Part shown: in pieces, positions 28,364 through 37,561 of the stretch
Layout: each line of letters starts with the position of its first letter
Numbering within the stretch: position 1 is the first letter of the stretch
Assembly (NCBI GenBank): GCA_965277805.1
Contig: OZ255842.1
Location: forward strand, 160,001-224,000
Reading direction: 5' to 3'
DNA: 64,000 nt
DNA from: Candidatus Lustribacter sp.
GTDB taxonomy: Bacteria > Vulcanimicrobiota > Vulcanimicrobiia > Vulcanimicrobiales > Vulcanimicrobiaceae
Made by a program: the position numbers and the translations under genes
The notes under the pieces: model-generated
What the model was told of the DNA's origin: nothing
The model's database searches: none
The model's input: the letters and a program-made list of their open reading frames with translations, nothing else

Positions 28364-29314
28364 TTAGGGCAATGCTTGGCACGGCAGCGGGTTGATTAAT
28401 TTGCAAAACGACTCATGCAGCGAAGCGGTCAGACCTAAGCCGAAACTGGAGGCAGCTTTATCTAGTGTAATTCCAGTATTTACGTTCGGAATCGTTGCGG
28501 CCGCGGCGCCGCCCAGTACTGCTGTTCCGAGAGCGATGGATTTTGGCACGTTGCTCGGGTTGACGGTCCAATAGGTAGCGAGCCCCGCTTCCGGATATAG
28601 CGTGGCACCATTTAGATTGCCGAAACCATTGACATCGATGGGCTTTGCGATGATCGTCGCGACGGCGGTGGGACCCTTGTCCATTGGATTCGCGATGGGT
28701 GTGCACGACCAGACTTCTGCTGAGGCGTGAACTTTGGACCAACCACGCTGCAACACGAAGTAATTCTCGGTACCACTTACACCGAGGACTGCCTCAAAGA
28801 CGACAGCTCCAATAAAGCCGTTATCGAAATTTGCTTTGGTGCATTGGGTTTGCAGATCGTTTACGCTCCACTCCGCTCGTGGAATTACCCAAACCTCCTT
28901 AGACGCATTTTGCAATGCCGCAGCGGCTACAGTGAGTACTCGAGTCGTGGTGTCAGAGGCAGGTTGCCCGATAACGTAAACGATTTTATGACCGGTGGCG
29001 GATGGAAGCGCCCCCAGAAGCAAAGTGGAAAGCAACAGGTCATGCACTACTTCTGGGGCGTGTGTTGCCTGCGGCGATGGAGCAGCAGTAGGCAGTGCCC
29101 GATTTGGCGTCGGCGCAGATTGTGCGTAAGCAGCGCCATAATTACTTAGCGAAAATAGAAATACCGAGAAGCACATAAATGCTGGCCTAAGCCGCGCCAA
29201 AACATCAGCCTTTACGCACCGCGGATCGCGTGATTGCCGCTTGCGAATTCGGGAATGCCCAACTTGAGAGCAGTTATACGAAAACGTCGGCTTCCGATAG
29301 AACCTAACACCCAT
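28364..29314 (-). CDS. Hypothetical exported protein in a lower-GC segment
   Basis: 316-aa ORF with a signal-like segment (FSVFLFSLSNYGAAYAQ) and Pro/Ala linker; many A/T-ending codons; true start may be internal. Confidence 0.65.
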   Translation of the reverse strand: MGVRFYRKPTFSYNCSQVGHSRIRKRQSRDPRCVKADVLARLRPAFMCFSVFLFSLSNYGAAYAQSAPTPNRALPTAAPSPQATHAPEVVHDLLLSTLLLGALPSATGHKIVYVIGQPASDTTTRVLTVAAAALQNASKEVWVIPRAEWSVNDLQTQCTKANFDNGFIGAVVFEAVLGVSGTENYFVLQRGWSKVHASAEVWSCTPIANPMDKGPTAVATIIAKPIDVNGFGNLNGATLYPEAGLATYWTVNPSNVPKSIALGTAVLGGAAAATIPNVNTGITLDKAASSFGLGLTASLHESFCKLINPLPCQALP

Positions 29315-29433
29315 AGTTCACCCTCCACTGAAACGCCTAAAGTAGAGGCGGTATTATTGCAGGCAATGGGTCGCTTGCCCTGCTGCTCCGTCGCGTCTTA
29401 AACCTCTTTCGGCGATTGCGGACGCCGGTATCC

Positions 29434-30504
29434 TTAGTCGAACGGCTGACCCGGAAAGATGTTGTCGACGGTAATCGTTCGCGTTCCGTCCTCGTCGCGT
29501 ACAACGAACTTTCCGCCGGAGTAGAACGAGGCACCCGACACCTCGCCCGTCTTGCTCAGGACGTAAAACGTGAGTCCAAAACGCGGCGTTCCACGAGCAT
29601 TGATGAGTCGCTTGTCGGTCGTAACTGCTCGGACGCGGCGCAAAGCGTCGATTGCCGCGTCTTTGGGCGAGCGACCCGCGCGCATGCGTTCGATGATATA
29701 CAGCGACGAACTTGTGTAGAGGTTAGATTCGCCGCGGCCGGTTGAGCCGACGGCGCCGATCTCGTTGTCGACGTAGAGCCCGGCGCCCAAGATTGCGGCG
29801 TCGCCGGTGCGGCCGGGAATCTTCCATGCCAGCCCGCTCGATGAGTTCACGGCGCAGATATCCCCAGCCGCGTTGATCCCCGCGGCGACGATCGTTCCCC
29901 AATAGTGCTGGATGTCGACCAAGCCGTCGTGGATCATTGACTCGGCGGCAGAGCTGATGCGGTCGCGTTTCGTCGGGTCGAGGTAATGATCGGGGTCAGT
30001 GCGGCGCTTCCACTCGAGCCACAGCGCGCGCGAGTGTGCGGTGTTGATGTCGGCTTCGATCGGGAAGCCCATCGTGCGCGCAAACTCGCGCGCTCCCGTG
30101 CCGGTGAGCAAATGGTTGTCGGTTCGCTCCATCACGGCTTTCGAGATGAGCGACGCCGTCTTCACGCCTTCCAACGCTCCGACGCCGCCGGCCCAGCGCT
30201 TGGGGCCGTGCATGCAGCACGAGTCGAGCTGGACGACACCCTCGGCGTTCGGCAGTCCGCCGTAGCCGACGCTGTCATCGAGCGGGTCGAGTTCGTTGAT
30301 GTTCACGCCCGCGATCAGCGCATCGAGCACGTCCTCACCGTGGGTTATTCCGTCGAAGGCTCGCTCAATGCACGTCTGCGGCCCCCCGTTCTTGAACTGG
30401 TTGCCGTTAGATGTCGTAAGGACGATCGGTTTCACCGGCCGCCCCAGGAGGATGGCGGGCGCGGCGCTGCCGACGCCGAGAAATTCCGTTCGGTTGAGCG
30501 TCAT
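29434..30504 (-). CDS. N(4)-(beta-N-acetylglucosaminyl)-L-asparaginase / isoaspartyl peptidase (Ntn hydrolase)
   Basis: SVGYGGLPNAEGVVQLDSCCMHG; G|TI autoproteolysis site; SSGLAWKIPGRTGDAAILGAGLYVDN; STGRGE. Confidence 0.9.
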   Translation of the reverse strand: MTLNRTEFLGVGSAAPAILLGRPVKPIVLTTSNGNQFKNGGPQTCIERAFDGITHGEDVLDALIAGVNINELDPLDDSVGYGGLPNAEGVVQLDSCCMHGPKRWAGGVGALEGVKTASLISKAVMERTDNHLLTGTGAREFARTMGFPIEADINTAHSRALWLEWKRRTDPDHYLDPTKRDRISSAAESMIHDGLVDIQHYWGTIVAAGINAAGDICAVNSSSGLAWKIPGRTGDAAILGAGLYVDNEIGAVGSTGRGESNLYTSSSLYIIERMRAGRSPKDAAIDALRRVRAVTTDKRLINARGTPRFGLTFYVLSKTGEVSGASFYSGGKFVVRDEDGTRTITVDNIFPGQPFD

Positions 30505-30595
30505 CTTGCGGCTCAGTTTCGCTGTCCGCTTCCGAGAGCATGTTATTCGGGAAAGCTCATCATCATAAGAACGAACGAGTCTTCAGGAGACAGCT

Positions 30596-30958
30596 ATGAC
30601 CTTGAAGAGAGCTACCTCATCCGGTATTGATCCGACCGTCCCTCCGAGCGGAACCGGTTGCGTCGAATGCCTGCAAGACGGCGGCTGGTGGCTGCATCTT
30701 CGGCGATGCGCGCAGTGCGGGCACATCGGTTGCTGCGACAATTCGCCCCAACGGCACGCGACCGCGCACTATCATAAGACGGGCCACCCGGTCATCCGCA
30801 GCTTCGAACCGGGAGAAGACTGGTTCTACGATTACCGGACGCAGGAGTTCATCGACGGTCCCGAACTTGTGCCGCCGTTGGCGCATCCGGCGAGTCACCC
30901 GGTACCCGGCCCGCGCGGACGCGTGCCGCGCGACTGGCGCACAAAGCTTAACCCGTGA
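30596..30958 (+). CDS. UBP-type zinc finger domain protein
   Basis: GCVECL...WLHLRRCAQCGHIGCCDNSPQRHATAHY...SFEPGEDWFYDY. Confidence 0.92.
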   Translation: MTLKRATSSGIDPTVPPSGTGCVECLQDGGWWLHLRRCAQCGHIGCCDNSPQRHATAHYHKTGHPVIRSFEPGEDWFYDYRTQEFIDGPELVPPLAHPASHPVPGPRGRVPRDWRTKLNP

Positions 30959-30974
30959 GGACGAGGGTCGTCAG

Positions 30975-31142
30975 TCAGCGATGAAGCGGCTGCCCACCAT
31001 CGGCGTCTTGTTCGCCGTCCAGATCTTCGTCTGATTCGAGGCCCGGATCGTCAGCGTCGCCAAATTGACCCGTTTCCTCATCGGGAACGGGATCTCCGAG
31101 CTTCGGCCGTTCGCCGCCGTGGGAGCCTTCGCTAAATGCCAT
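30975..31142 (-). CDS. Small acidic, probably disordered protein (55 aa)
   Basis: MAFSEGSHGGERPKLGDPVPDEETGQFGDADDPGLESDEDLDGEQDADGGQPLHR; Asp/Glu/Gly-rich. Confidence 0.5.
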   Translation of the reverse strand: MAFSEGSHGGERPKLGDPVPDEETGQFGDADDPGLESDEDLDGEQDADGGQPLHR

Positions 31143-31184
31143 GAGAAAAGAATTCAACCTGAGAAACGTCTGGTCCGCTGGCGC

Positions 31185-31412
31185 CTACTCCCGCTGCGCG
31201 ATCGTGGCCGCATCCAGAACGGCCGTGGGGTTGAGGCGGCAATTGCAACTGCCCCGGAGATCGCCCGCGCAGCTGTAGCCGGAATGCTTCCCGATCCCGT
31301 GCCCGCAACTGCATTTGACGAGCTCTCCGAGCCAGCTGATCGGTGGCTGATGCGGGGAACGGGAGTGGCTCGATGCGCTGTTGCGCATGATGATTACTGC
31401 GCTCATGGACAA
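31185..31412 (-). CDS. Small Cys/His-rich putative zinc-binding protein
   Basis: CSCGHGIGKHSGYSCAGDLRGSCNC motif. Confidence 0.55.
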   Translation of the reverse strand: MSMSAVIIMRNSASSHSRSPHQPPISWLGELVKCSCGHGIGKHSGYSCAGDLRGSCNCRLNPTAVLDAATIAQRE

Positions 31413-31490
31413 ACAATAGCACCGGCAAATTCAGCCATAACCGGACGATCTTTCGGAATATTGCTGGGGGCCGGGCGCCGCGCCCGATAA

Positions 31491-33245
31491 CTACGGGCGA
31501 AGGCTCGGGGCTCGCACGAGGCCTAGGTTGTGGCGCACTTCCTCGGCGACGAGCCCTGCGTTTCCCGAGACGATCTGCTTCCACGCGCTGAGCGTGAACC
31601 CGGCGACCGTGTGTTTCGGGATCTGCGCCGGAATGGAGAGCGCGTAGGGATTGACGACCGCATCGACGACCACCGGCCCATCCTTGTGCGCGAGCGCTTC
31701 GCGAAGCGCGTCTTCAACGTCGGCCGGGTCTTCGAGCCGGATCCCCTTCGCGCCCATCGCCTGCGCCACCAGCGCGAAGTTCGGATTATGAAAGTCCGTC
31801 CCGAACGGCACGACGCCGGCTTCCTGTTGTTCGATGCGCACGAAGTCCAACGATCCGTTGTTGAACACGATGACGACGACCGGAAGTTTGCGTTCGACCA
31901 GGGTCAGCATGTCGCCCATACCGAGCATCGTGAAGCCGCCGTCGCCGCTGAGCGCGATCGTTTGGCGTCCGGGTGTTGCCAGTTGGGCGCCCATCGCGTT
32001 CGGTGCGCCGCTCGCCATCGACGCCCACGTGAACGAACCAAAGATGCTTCGCTTTGCACTCGCGCGGAGATAGCGCGCGGCCCAAATGCACGGCGTACCC
32101 GTATCGACGCCGAAGAAGGCATCGTCATCGGCGAGACGGTCCAGCGTCGCAACCAAATACTCCGGGCGAATCGGCTTGAGCGAGGGACCGCGTTTCACGT
32201 ATTCGGCCAGCGAGTCGTTCCACTCGCCGCTGAGCGCGAGCGCGCGGTCGAGGTGGGTGGTGGCCTCTTTCTCGGCGACCAGCGGCAGCAGCGCTGAGAT
32301 CGTATCTTTCACGTTACCGAGTAATCCGAGATCGATCGGCGTGCGCCGGCCGAGGTGTGTGGGATTGCGGTCGATCTGGACTTTCGTGACGCGCTGGTCC
32401 GGTAAAAACTCGGAGAACGGGAAGTCCGTTCCGAGCAGCAGCAAGAGCTCGGCCTCGTGCATTGCGTGGCTCGCTCCGCCGAAGCCGATGAGCCCGCTCA
32501 TACCGACCGCTTGCGGATTGTCGTGCTCGAGGTACTGCTTGCCGCGAAACGTGTATCCGACCGGCGCCTTGAGTTTGCGCGCGAGGGAAACCACCTGGTC
32601 ATGAGCGTCGCGGCAGCCGTCGCCGCCGAAGATCGTCACGTGCGTTGCCGTGTCGATCATTTCCGCCAAGCGGCGCAGATCGGCATCCGCCGGCCGCACG
32701 ACCGGTGCGTTGGCGCGGACGATCGGATCGAGCGTCCCCGAGGCTGCCTGCACCGCGATGTCACCGGGTAACGAGATCACGGCCGGCCCGCGGTCGGCGA
32801 TCGCCGTGCGGAGCGCCGTTTGCACCACCGCGCGCACTTGATGCGGGTTGATGATCCGGCCCGTGTAGAGCGATGCCGTCTGAAAGAACTGATAGGGGTT
32901 GAGTTCTTCGAGCGCTTCGGTGTCGATGATCGATGACTCGACGTCGCCCGCGACGACGATCAGCGGCGCGCCTTCCTTGCGTGCATCGATCATGGCGTTG
33001 ATCAGGTGCGTCACGCCGGGACCGGCCGTTCCGCAGATGGCAACCGGCTGGTCCGTCAAATACGCATCGGCCACGGCCGCGAAACCGCCGTACTCTTCGT
33101 GGCGGACGTGGATGAACTCCACCTTGCCGTTGCGCCGCAGCGCATCGATCGTCGGATTGAGCGCGTCGCCGACGATGCCATAGCAGCGACGCACGCCGGC
33201 AGCGGATAAAAGTTCCCACATCGCGTCGGCGACATTCTTGCTCAT
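31491..33245 (-). CDS. poxB: Pyruvate:quinone oxidoreductase / pyruvate oxidase (ThDP, FAD)
   Basis: YGIVGDALN; HVRHEE; GPGVTHLIN; LLGTDFPF; GDGGFTM...NN ThDP motif. Confidence 0.9.
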   Translation of the reverse strand: MSKNVADAMWELLSAAGVRRCYGIVGDALNPTIDALRRNGKVEFIHVRHEEYGGFAAVADAYLTDQPVAICGTAGPGVTHLINAMIDARKEGAPLIVVAGDVESSIIDTEALEELNPYQFFQTASLYTGRIINPHQVRAVVQTALRTAIADRGPAVISLPGDIAVQAASGTLDPIVRANAPVVRPADADLRRLAEMIDTATHVTIFGGDGCRDAHDQVVSLARKLKAPVGYTFRGKQYLEHDNPQAVGMSGLIGFGGASHAMHEAELLLLLGTDFPFSEFLPDQRVTKVQIDRNPTHLGRRTPIDLGLLGNVKDTISALLPLVAEKEATTHLDRALALSGEWNDSLAEYVKRGPSLKPIRPEYLVATLDRLADDDAFFGVDTGTPCIWAARYLRASAKRSIFGSFTWASMASGAPNAMGAQLATPGRQTIALSGDGGFTMLGMGDMLTLVERKLPVVVIVFNNGSLDFVRIEQQEAGVVPFGTDFHNPNFALVAQAMGAKGIRLEDPADVEDALREALAHKDGPVVVDAVVNPYALSIPAQIPKHTVAGFTLSAWKQIVSGNAGLVAEEVRHNLGLVRAPSLRP

Positions 33246-33274
33246 TGCTTCATTCCTCGCGATCTGCCGTCAGG

Positions 33275-33300
33275 TTACCCCGCGGAAATGCCTGGGAACC
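33275..33300 (-). promoter_or_regulatory. SigB/SigF-type promoter candidate for poxB
   Basis: Minus strand GGTTC-N15-GGGTAA about 30 nt upstream of the poxB ATG. Confidence 0.45.
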
Positions 33301-33315
33301 AGAGAGCGCCGCTAC

Positions 33316-33337
33316 CTATTAATGTGCTGTTAAACGA
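33316..33337 (+). promoter_or_regulatory. Pho-box-like 11-bp direct repeat
   Basis: CTATTAATGTG-CTGTTAAACGA upstream of the MFS-pstS-phosphatase operon; CATACT -10-like element at 33361-33366. Confidence 0.5.
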
Positions 33338-33370
33338 CGCCGACCGGCGGCGTATGGCACCATACTGCTA

Positions 33371-34882
33371 ATGACGAATGGGCAGGCGACCGACACGCCG
33401 CGAGCGCGCACGGTTCAAGATTACATCGATATGCGGCCCGCGTGGCCGGACGGCACGCCGATCGGGTCGACGCCGATGACCGGGATGCAGTGGCTGATCT
33501 GGTCGCTCGCCGCCGCCGGAAAATTCTTCGAGGGACTCGTCGTTTTTATGACGGGCATTGCGCTGCCGCTGATCTCGCGCCAGTTTCACCTCGACGCGGG
33601 CCAAGGCGGCATCGTCGGCGCGGCGACGCTCTTCGGGATCTTGATCGGGGCGATCTCGCTCGGCGGCCTTTCGGACGTGTTCGGCCGCAAACGCATGTTC
33701 GTGGTCGAGATGCTGATCTTCATGGTGTTCTTGGCGATCCTGACGGTGGTACCGGGGTACTGGCCGCTCGTGATTTGCCTGTTCTTCACCGGCGTCGCGC
33801 TTGGTTGTGACTATCCGACGGCGCACATGATCATTTCCGAGAGCACGCCCAGCGCAAAGCGCGGGCAACTCGTGATCGCCGCCTTTGCGTTTCAAGCGGT
33901 CGGCGCGCTGGTCGGTACCGGCGTCGGCTGGCTCGTGCTGCAGGCCGATCCGCAGCTCGATGCCTGGCACTGGATGTTCGCCACCGCGCTGCTGCCGGGG
34001 CTGATCGTCACGGTCTGGCGCTTCTACATCACCGAGAGCGCCTCGTGGCTGTTCGTGCGCGGTCAACACGAAAAGGCCGAAGCGATGGCGAGGCGGCTGC
34101 TGCGCCGCAACCCGCAGTTCCCGAAAGAAATCAAACTGGAGCGCGTCGAAACGCACGCGGAGAAGCCGAACTACGGCGCGCTATTCAACCCGCGCAATTT
34201 GCGCGCGACGATCTTGGCGTCGGTGCCGTGGTTCTTGCAAGATCTGAGCACCTACGGCATCGGCATCTTCACGCCGACGCTGCTGGCAGCCGCGTTCGGC
34301 GGCGCTCCCGACCACGTTCGCAGCACGAGCGACATCATCACGAAAGATATCCTCGCGGCGAAGGGCAGCGCGCTCATCACTTCGATGCTGCTCGTCGGCA
34401 TCACGTTCGCCGTAATCCTGGCGGATAAAGTTGGGCGCATCAAGCTGCAAGTGTTCGGTTTCGCCGGCTGCGCACTCGGGCTGCTCGTTGCGTCGTGCTC
34501 GGTGTATGCCGACGGCTTCGGCAAGATCTTCCTGATCTTCGCGGGTGTCATGCTGTTCAATTTCATGACCGACCTCGGACCGAACGCGCAAACGTACTTG
34601 CTCGCCGGCGAAGTCTTCCCGACCGCGATTCGCGGTTCGGGGGCGGGCTTCGCCGCCGCCTTCGCCAAGGTCGGCGCGGTGCTCACGGCGTTCATGTTCC
34701 CGGTCTTGCTCAAGGGTATCGGTCAACAAGCGCTGTTGCTGATTCTGGTTGCGACCTCGCTCCTCGGCGCGTGGGTAACGTGGGCCTACCGGATCGAGAC
34801 GACCGGCGTCAACCTCGATACGATCGGGACCGAACCGCCGGCCGCGAACGTACCGGTGAAAGCCGTGGCGGTGCCGTCGTGA
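33371..34882 (+). CDS. MFS transporter, phosphate:H+ symporter (PHS/Pho84/PHT1)-like
   Basis: SDVFGRK; LGCDYPTAHMIISE resembles the PHS signature GGDYPLSATIxSE; GPNAQTYLLAGEVFPTAIRG. Confidence 0.8.
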   Translation: MTNGQATDTPRARTVQDYIDMRPAWPDGTPIGSTPMTGMQWLIWSLAAAGKFFEGLVVFMTGIALPLISRQFHLDAGQGGIVGAATLFGILIGAISLGGLSDVFGRKRMFVVEMLIFMVFLAILTVVPGYWPLVICLFFTGVALGCDYPTAHMIISESTPSAKRGQLVIAAFAFQAVGALVGTGVGWLVLQADPQLDAWHWMFATALLPGLIVTVWRFYITESASWLFVRGQHEKAEAMARRLLRRNPQFPKEIKLERVETHAEKPNYGALFNPRNLRATILASVPWFLQDLSTYGIGIFTPTLLAAAFGGAPDHVRSTSDIITKDILAAKGSALITSMLLVGITFAVILADKVGRIKLQVFGFAGCALGLLVASCSVYADGFGKIFLIFAGVMLFNFMTDLGPNAQTYLLAGEVFPTAIRGSGAGFAAAFAKVGAVLTAFMFPVLLKGIGQQALLLILVATSLLGAWVTWAYRIETTGVNLDTIGTEPPAANVPVKAVAVPS

Positions 34883-35937
34883 AGCGGCTCGAAGCGGTCG
34901 TTATCATCGCGAGCCTGGCCGCAAGTTCGGCGGCCGTCGCACCGGCAACGGCGGCAGCTTTAACGATAAAAGGCAGCGGCTCGACCTTGATGTATCCCCT
35001 GCTCAATACCTGGACGCAGCAGTATCGCGGAACGTCACCCGGCGTGCGCGTTACGGTCGCGGCAACGGGTTCGGGCGCCGGCATCAAAGCGGCGATTACC
35101 GGAGCGGTGCAGTTCGGCGCATCGGATGCGTATATGACCGACGATCAAATGGCTGCGAACCCCGGCATGCTGAACATTCCGCTTGCGATCTCCTCGCAGC
35201 TGATCGCTTACAACGTGCCGGGCCTCAACCTCACTTCATTGAAGCTCGACGGTCCGACGCTGGCCGGCATTTACACCGGCTCGGTGCGGACATGGGACGC
35301 GCCGTCGATCGTCGCGATGAATCCCGGCGTGAAGCTGCCGCATCAAGACATCATCGCGATCCACCGCAACGACAGCTCCGGCGATTCGTTCATCTTCAGC
35401 CAGTATCTGACGTTCTCGACCGACTCGTGGGAAGACGGCCCGAGCTTCGGAACCGACGTTGCGTGGCCGGCCATTTCCAACGCGAAGGGCGCAACCGGCA
35501 ACGACGGCATGGTGAAGACGCTCGCGGCCACGCCGTACGGGATCGCCTACGTAGGCGGCAGTTTCTTCGGCCAAGTTGCGGGAGCGCATCTCGGTACGGC
35601 GATGCTGCGAAATCAAGCCGGCAACTTCGTCTCGCCCAAGCCCCGCAACGTGCGGGTGGCTGCGGCCGCACTCGATACGCGCACGCCGAAGGACGAACGG
35701 CTGAGCCTCGTCTTCGCTCCGGGCGCCGACTCCTATCCGCTGGTCAACTACGAATATGCGATCGTGGCGGCCAAACAACCCGATCCGGCAACAGCCGCGG
35801 CACTGCGCAACTTTCTGTTGTGGACGATCGACGACGGTCACGGCAACGATCAGAAATTGCTCGACCCGTTGCATTTCGCAACGTTGCCGGAAGCGGTGCG
35901 CGCGCTGAGCGACGCGCAGATCCGTAAAATCGGCTGA
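34879..35937 (+). CDS. pstS: Phosphate-binding protein PstS
   Basis: GSGSTLMYP; TGSGAGI; FGASDAY; HRNDSSGDSFIF; GATGNDG; YPLVNYEY. GTG start overlaps the MFS stop. Confidence 0.92.
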   Translation: MKRLEAVVIIASLAASSAAVAPATAAALTIKGSGSTLMYPLLNTWTQQYRGTSPGVRVTVAATGSGAGIKAAITGAVQFGASDAYMTDDQMAANPGMLNIPLAISSQLIAYNVPGLNLTSLKLDGPTLAGIYTGSVRTWDAPSIVAMNPGVKLPHQDIIAIHRNDSSGDSFIFSQYLTFSTDSWEDGPSFGTDVAWPAISNAKGATGNDGMVKTLAATPYGIAYVGGSFFGQVAGAHLGTAMLRNQAGNFVSPKPRNVRVAAAALDTRTPKDERLSLVFAPGADSYPLVNYEYAIVAAKQPDPATAAALRNFLLWTIDDGHGNDQKLLDPLHFATLPEAVRALSDAQIRKIG

Positions 35938-35940
35938 GAC

Positions 35941-37503
35941 TTGGATCTCAGCCGGCGTAAACTGCTCGCCTCCGCCGGCATCGTCGCGGTTGCCGCGTCG
36001 CTCGGCGTTGCGGAAGAAGCGGAGGCTGCGGTTGCTGTTCGACCCGCGAACGATCCGCTCGTTCCGCCCGTGCACGGGCTGCACTTGCAGTTCGGAGCGC
36101 ATGCGGCCTCGGAGATGGTCGTGTCCTGGCACGCGCTGCAAGCCGTCCGCCATCCGCGCGTTTTGCTGGGACGGCGCAACGGTGCGCTCGTGCGAACAAC
36201 GGTTGCCGAAGAATCGACCTACACCGACGCCAAGAGCGGGCAGATCGTCCACACGTATCACGCGAAGCTGACGGGCTTGCAGCCCGGCTCCGCCTATCTC
36301 TATGCGGCGCTGCACGACGGGGCGGAGCCGGAATTCGGGACGTTCCGCACCGTGGCACGCGGACGCGTGCCGCTGACGTTCACGAGCTTCGGCGATCAAG
36401 GGACGCCGACGCTCGGCAAACGCTACGTCCCGCCGCCGGGCGTGGTGATGCCGAATCCGCCATACGTGAATGACAATCTGGGCGGCCCGGCCGGCAGCGA
36501 CACTACCCTCGGCGTCGAGCGCCTGCGGCCGGCGTTTCATCTTTTCAACGGCGATCTCTGTTACGCCAACCTCGCCGACGACCGCGTGCGCACGTGGTGG
36601 GACTTCTGGACGAACAACAGCCGCAGCGCACGTAACCGACCGTGGATGCCTTCTCCGGGCAATCACGAGAACGAACTCGGCAACGGCCCGATCGGCTATC
36701 GCGCCTACCAGACGTATTTCTCGTTACCCCCGGCCGCAGGGCAGACGCCGGTGACGCGCGGGTTGTGGTACTCGTTCACGGCCGGCTCGATGCGCGTGAT
36801 CAGCATCGCCAACGACGACATTGTCTACCAGGACGGCGGCAACACGTACGTACGCGGCTATTCCGGCGGTGCGCAGAAAGCGTGGCTGGAACGCGAATTG
36901 GCGGCGGCTCGGCATGACCGGAACATCGACTGGATCGTCGTCTGCATGCATCAGGTCGCGATCTCGAGCGTCGATCAGTTCAACGGCGCCGACCTCGGGA
37001 TCCGTGAGGAATGGCTGCCGCTGTTCGACCGCTACGGCGTCGATTTGGTCGTGTGCGGACACGAGCATCACTACGAGCGCTCGCATCCGATTCGTGGCCG
37101 GCAATCCAACGCCACCCTCACGCCGATTCCGGTGGCGACCGCAACCGATGTGATCGATACGACCGAAGGCACCGTGCACATGGTGATCGGCGGCGGCGGG
37201 ACCTCGTCACCGTCAAATCAGCTGTTCTTCGATCCGCCGGGCTGCCGCGTGATCACCGCGGTTGCGGCGACGCGCGATCCGGCCACCGGCAAACGGGCGC
37301 CGGTCTATGTAAAAGAAGACGCGCCGTGGTCGGCCGTTCGCAATGCCGCGCATTCGTACGGTTTCGCGGCATTCCGGCTCGATCCGGGATCGCGCCCCGG
37401 CGGCAACACGACGATTACGGTGACCTATTACGACGTCGTCGGCAGCAACGGCGCGATCGCGCCCTTCGAGACGTTCATACTGCGCCGTCCCCGCCGCGAC
37501 TAG
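35941..37503 (+). CDS. Tat-exported purple acid phosphatase-like metallophosphoesterase
   Basis: SRRKLL Tat signal; FGDQG; NGDLCYAN; PGNHENE; VCMHQ; CGHEHHYER. Confidence 0.9.
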   Translation: MDLSRRKLLASAGIVAVAASLGVAEEAEAAVAVRPANDPLVPPVHGLHLQFGAHAASEMVVSWHALQAVRHPRVLLGRRNGALVRTTVAEESTYTDAKSGQIVHTYHAKLTGLQPGSAYLYAALHDGAEPEFGTFRTVARGRVPLTFTSFGDQGTPTLGKRYVPPPGVVMPNPPYVNDNLGGPAGSDTTLGVERLRPAFHLFNGDLCYANLADDRVRTWWDFWTNNSRSARNRPWMPSPGNHENELGNGPIGYRAYQTYFSLPPAAGQTPVTRGLWYSFTAGSMRVISIANDDIVYQDGGNTYVRGYSGGAQKAWLERELAAARHDRNIDWIVVCMHQVAISSVDQFNGADLGIREEWLPLFDRYGVDLVVCGHEHHYERSHPIRGRQSNATLTPIPVATATDVIDTTEGTVHMVIGGGGTSSPSNQLFFDPPGCRVITAVAATRDPATGKRAPVYVKEDAPWSAVRNAAHSYGFAAFRLDPGSRPGGNTTITVTYYDVVGSNGAIAPFETFILRRPRRD

Positions 37504-37561
37504 CGCACGCTCGCGGGGCAGGAAACCGCGCTTGCTTCCTCAAGCCCGTGCGTGAGCAATC

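Noticed and set aside
21681-29433. Integrative island or prophage at ssrA
   Set aside because: ssrA is a common integration site and accessory genes follow it, but I found no integrase and no duplicated 3' tmRNA end (attR) in the window.
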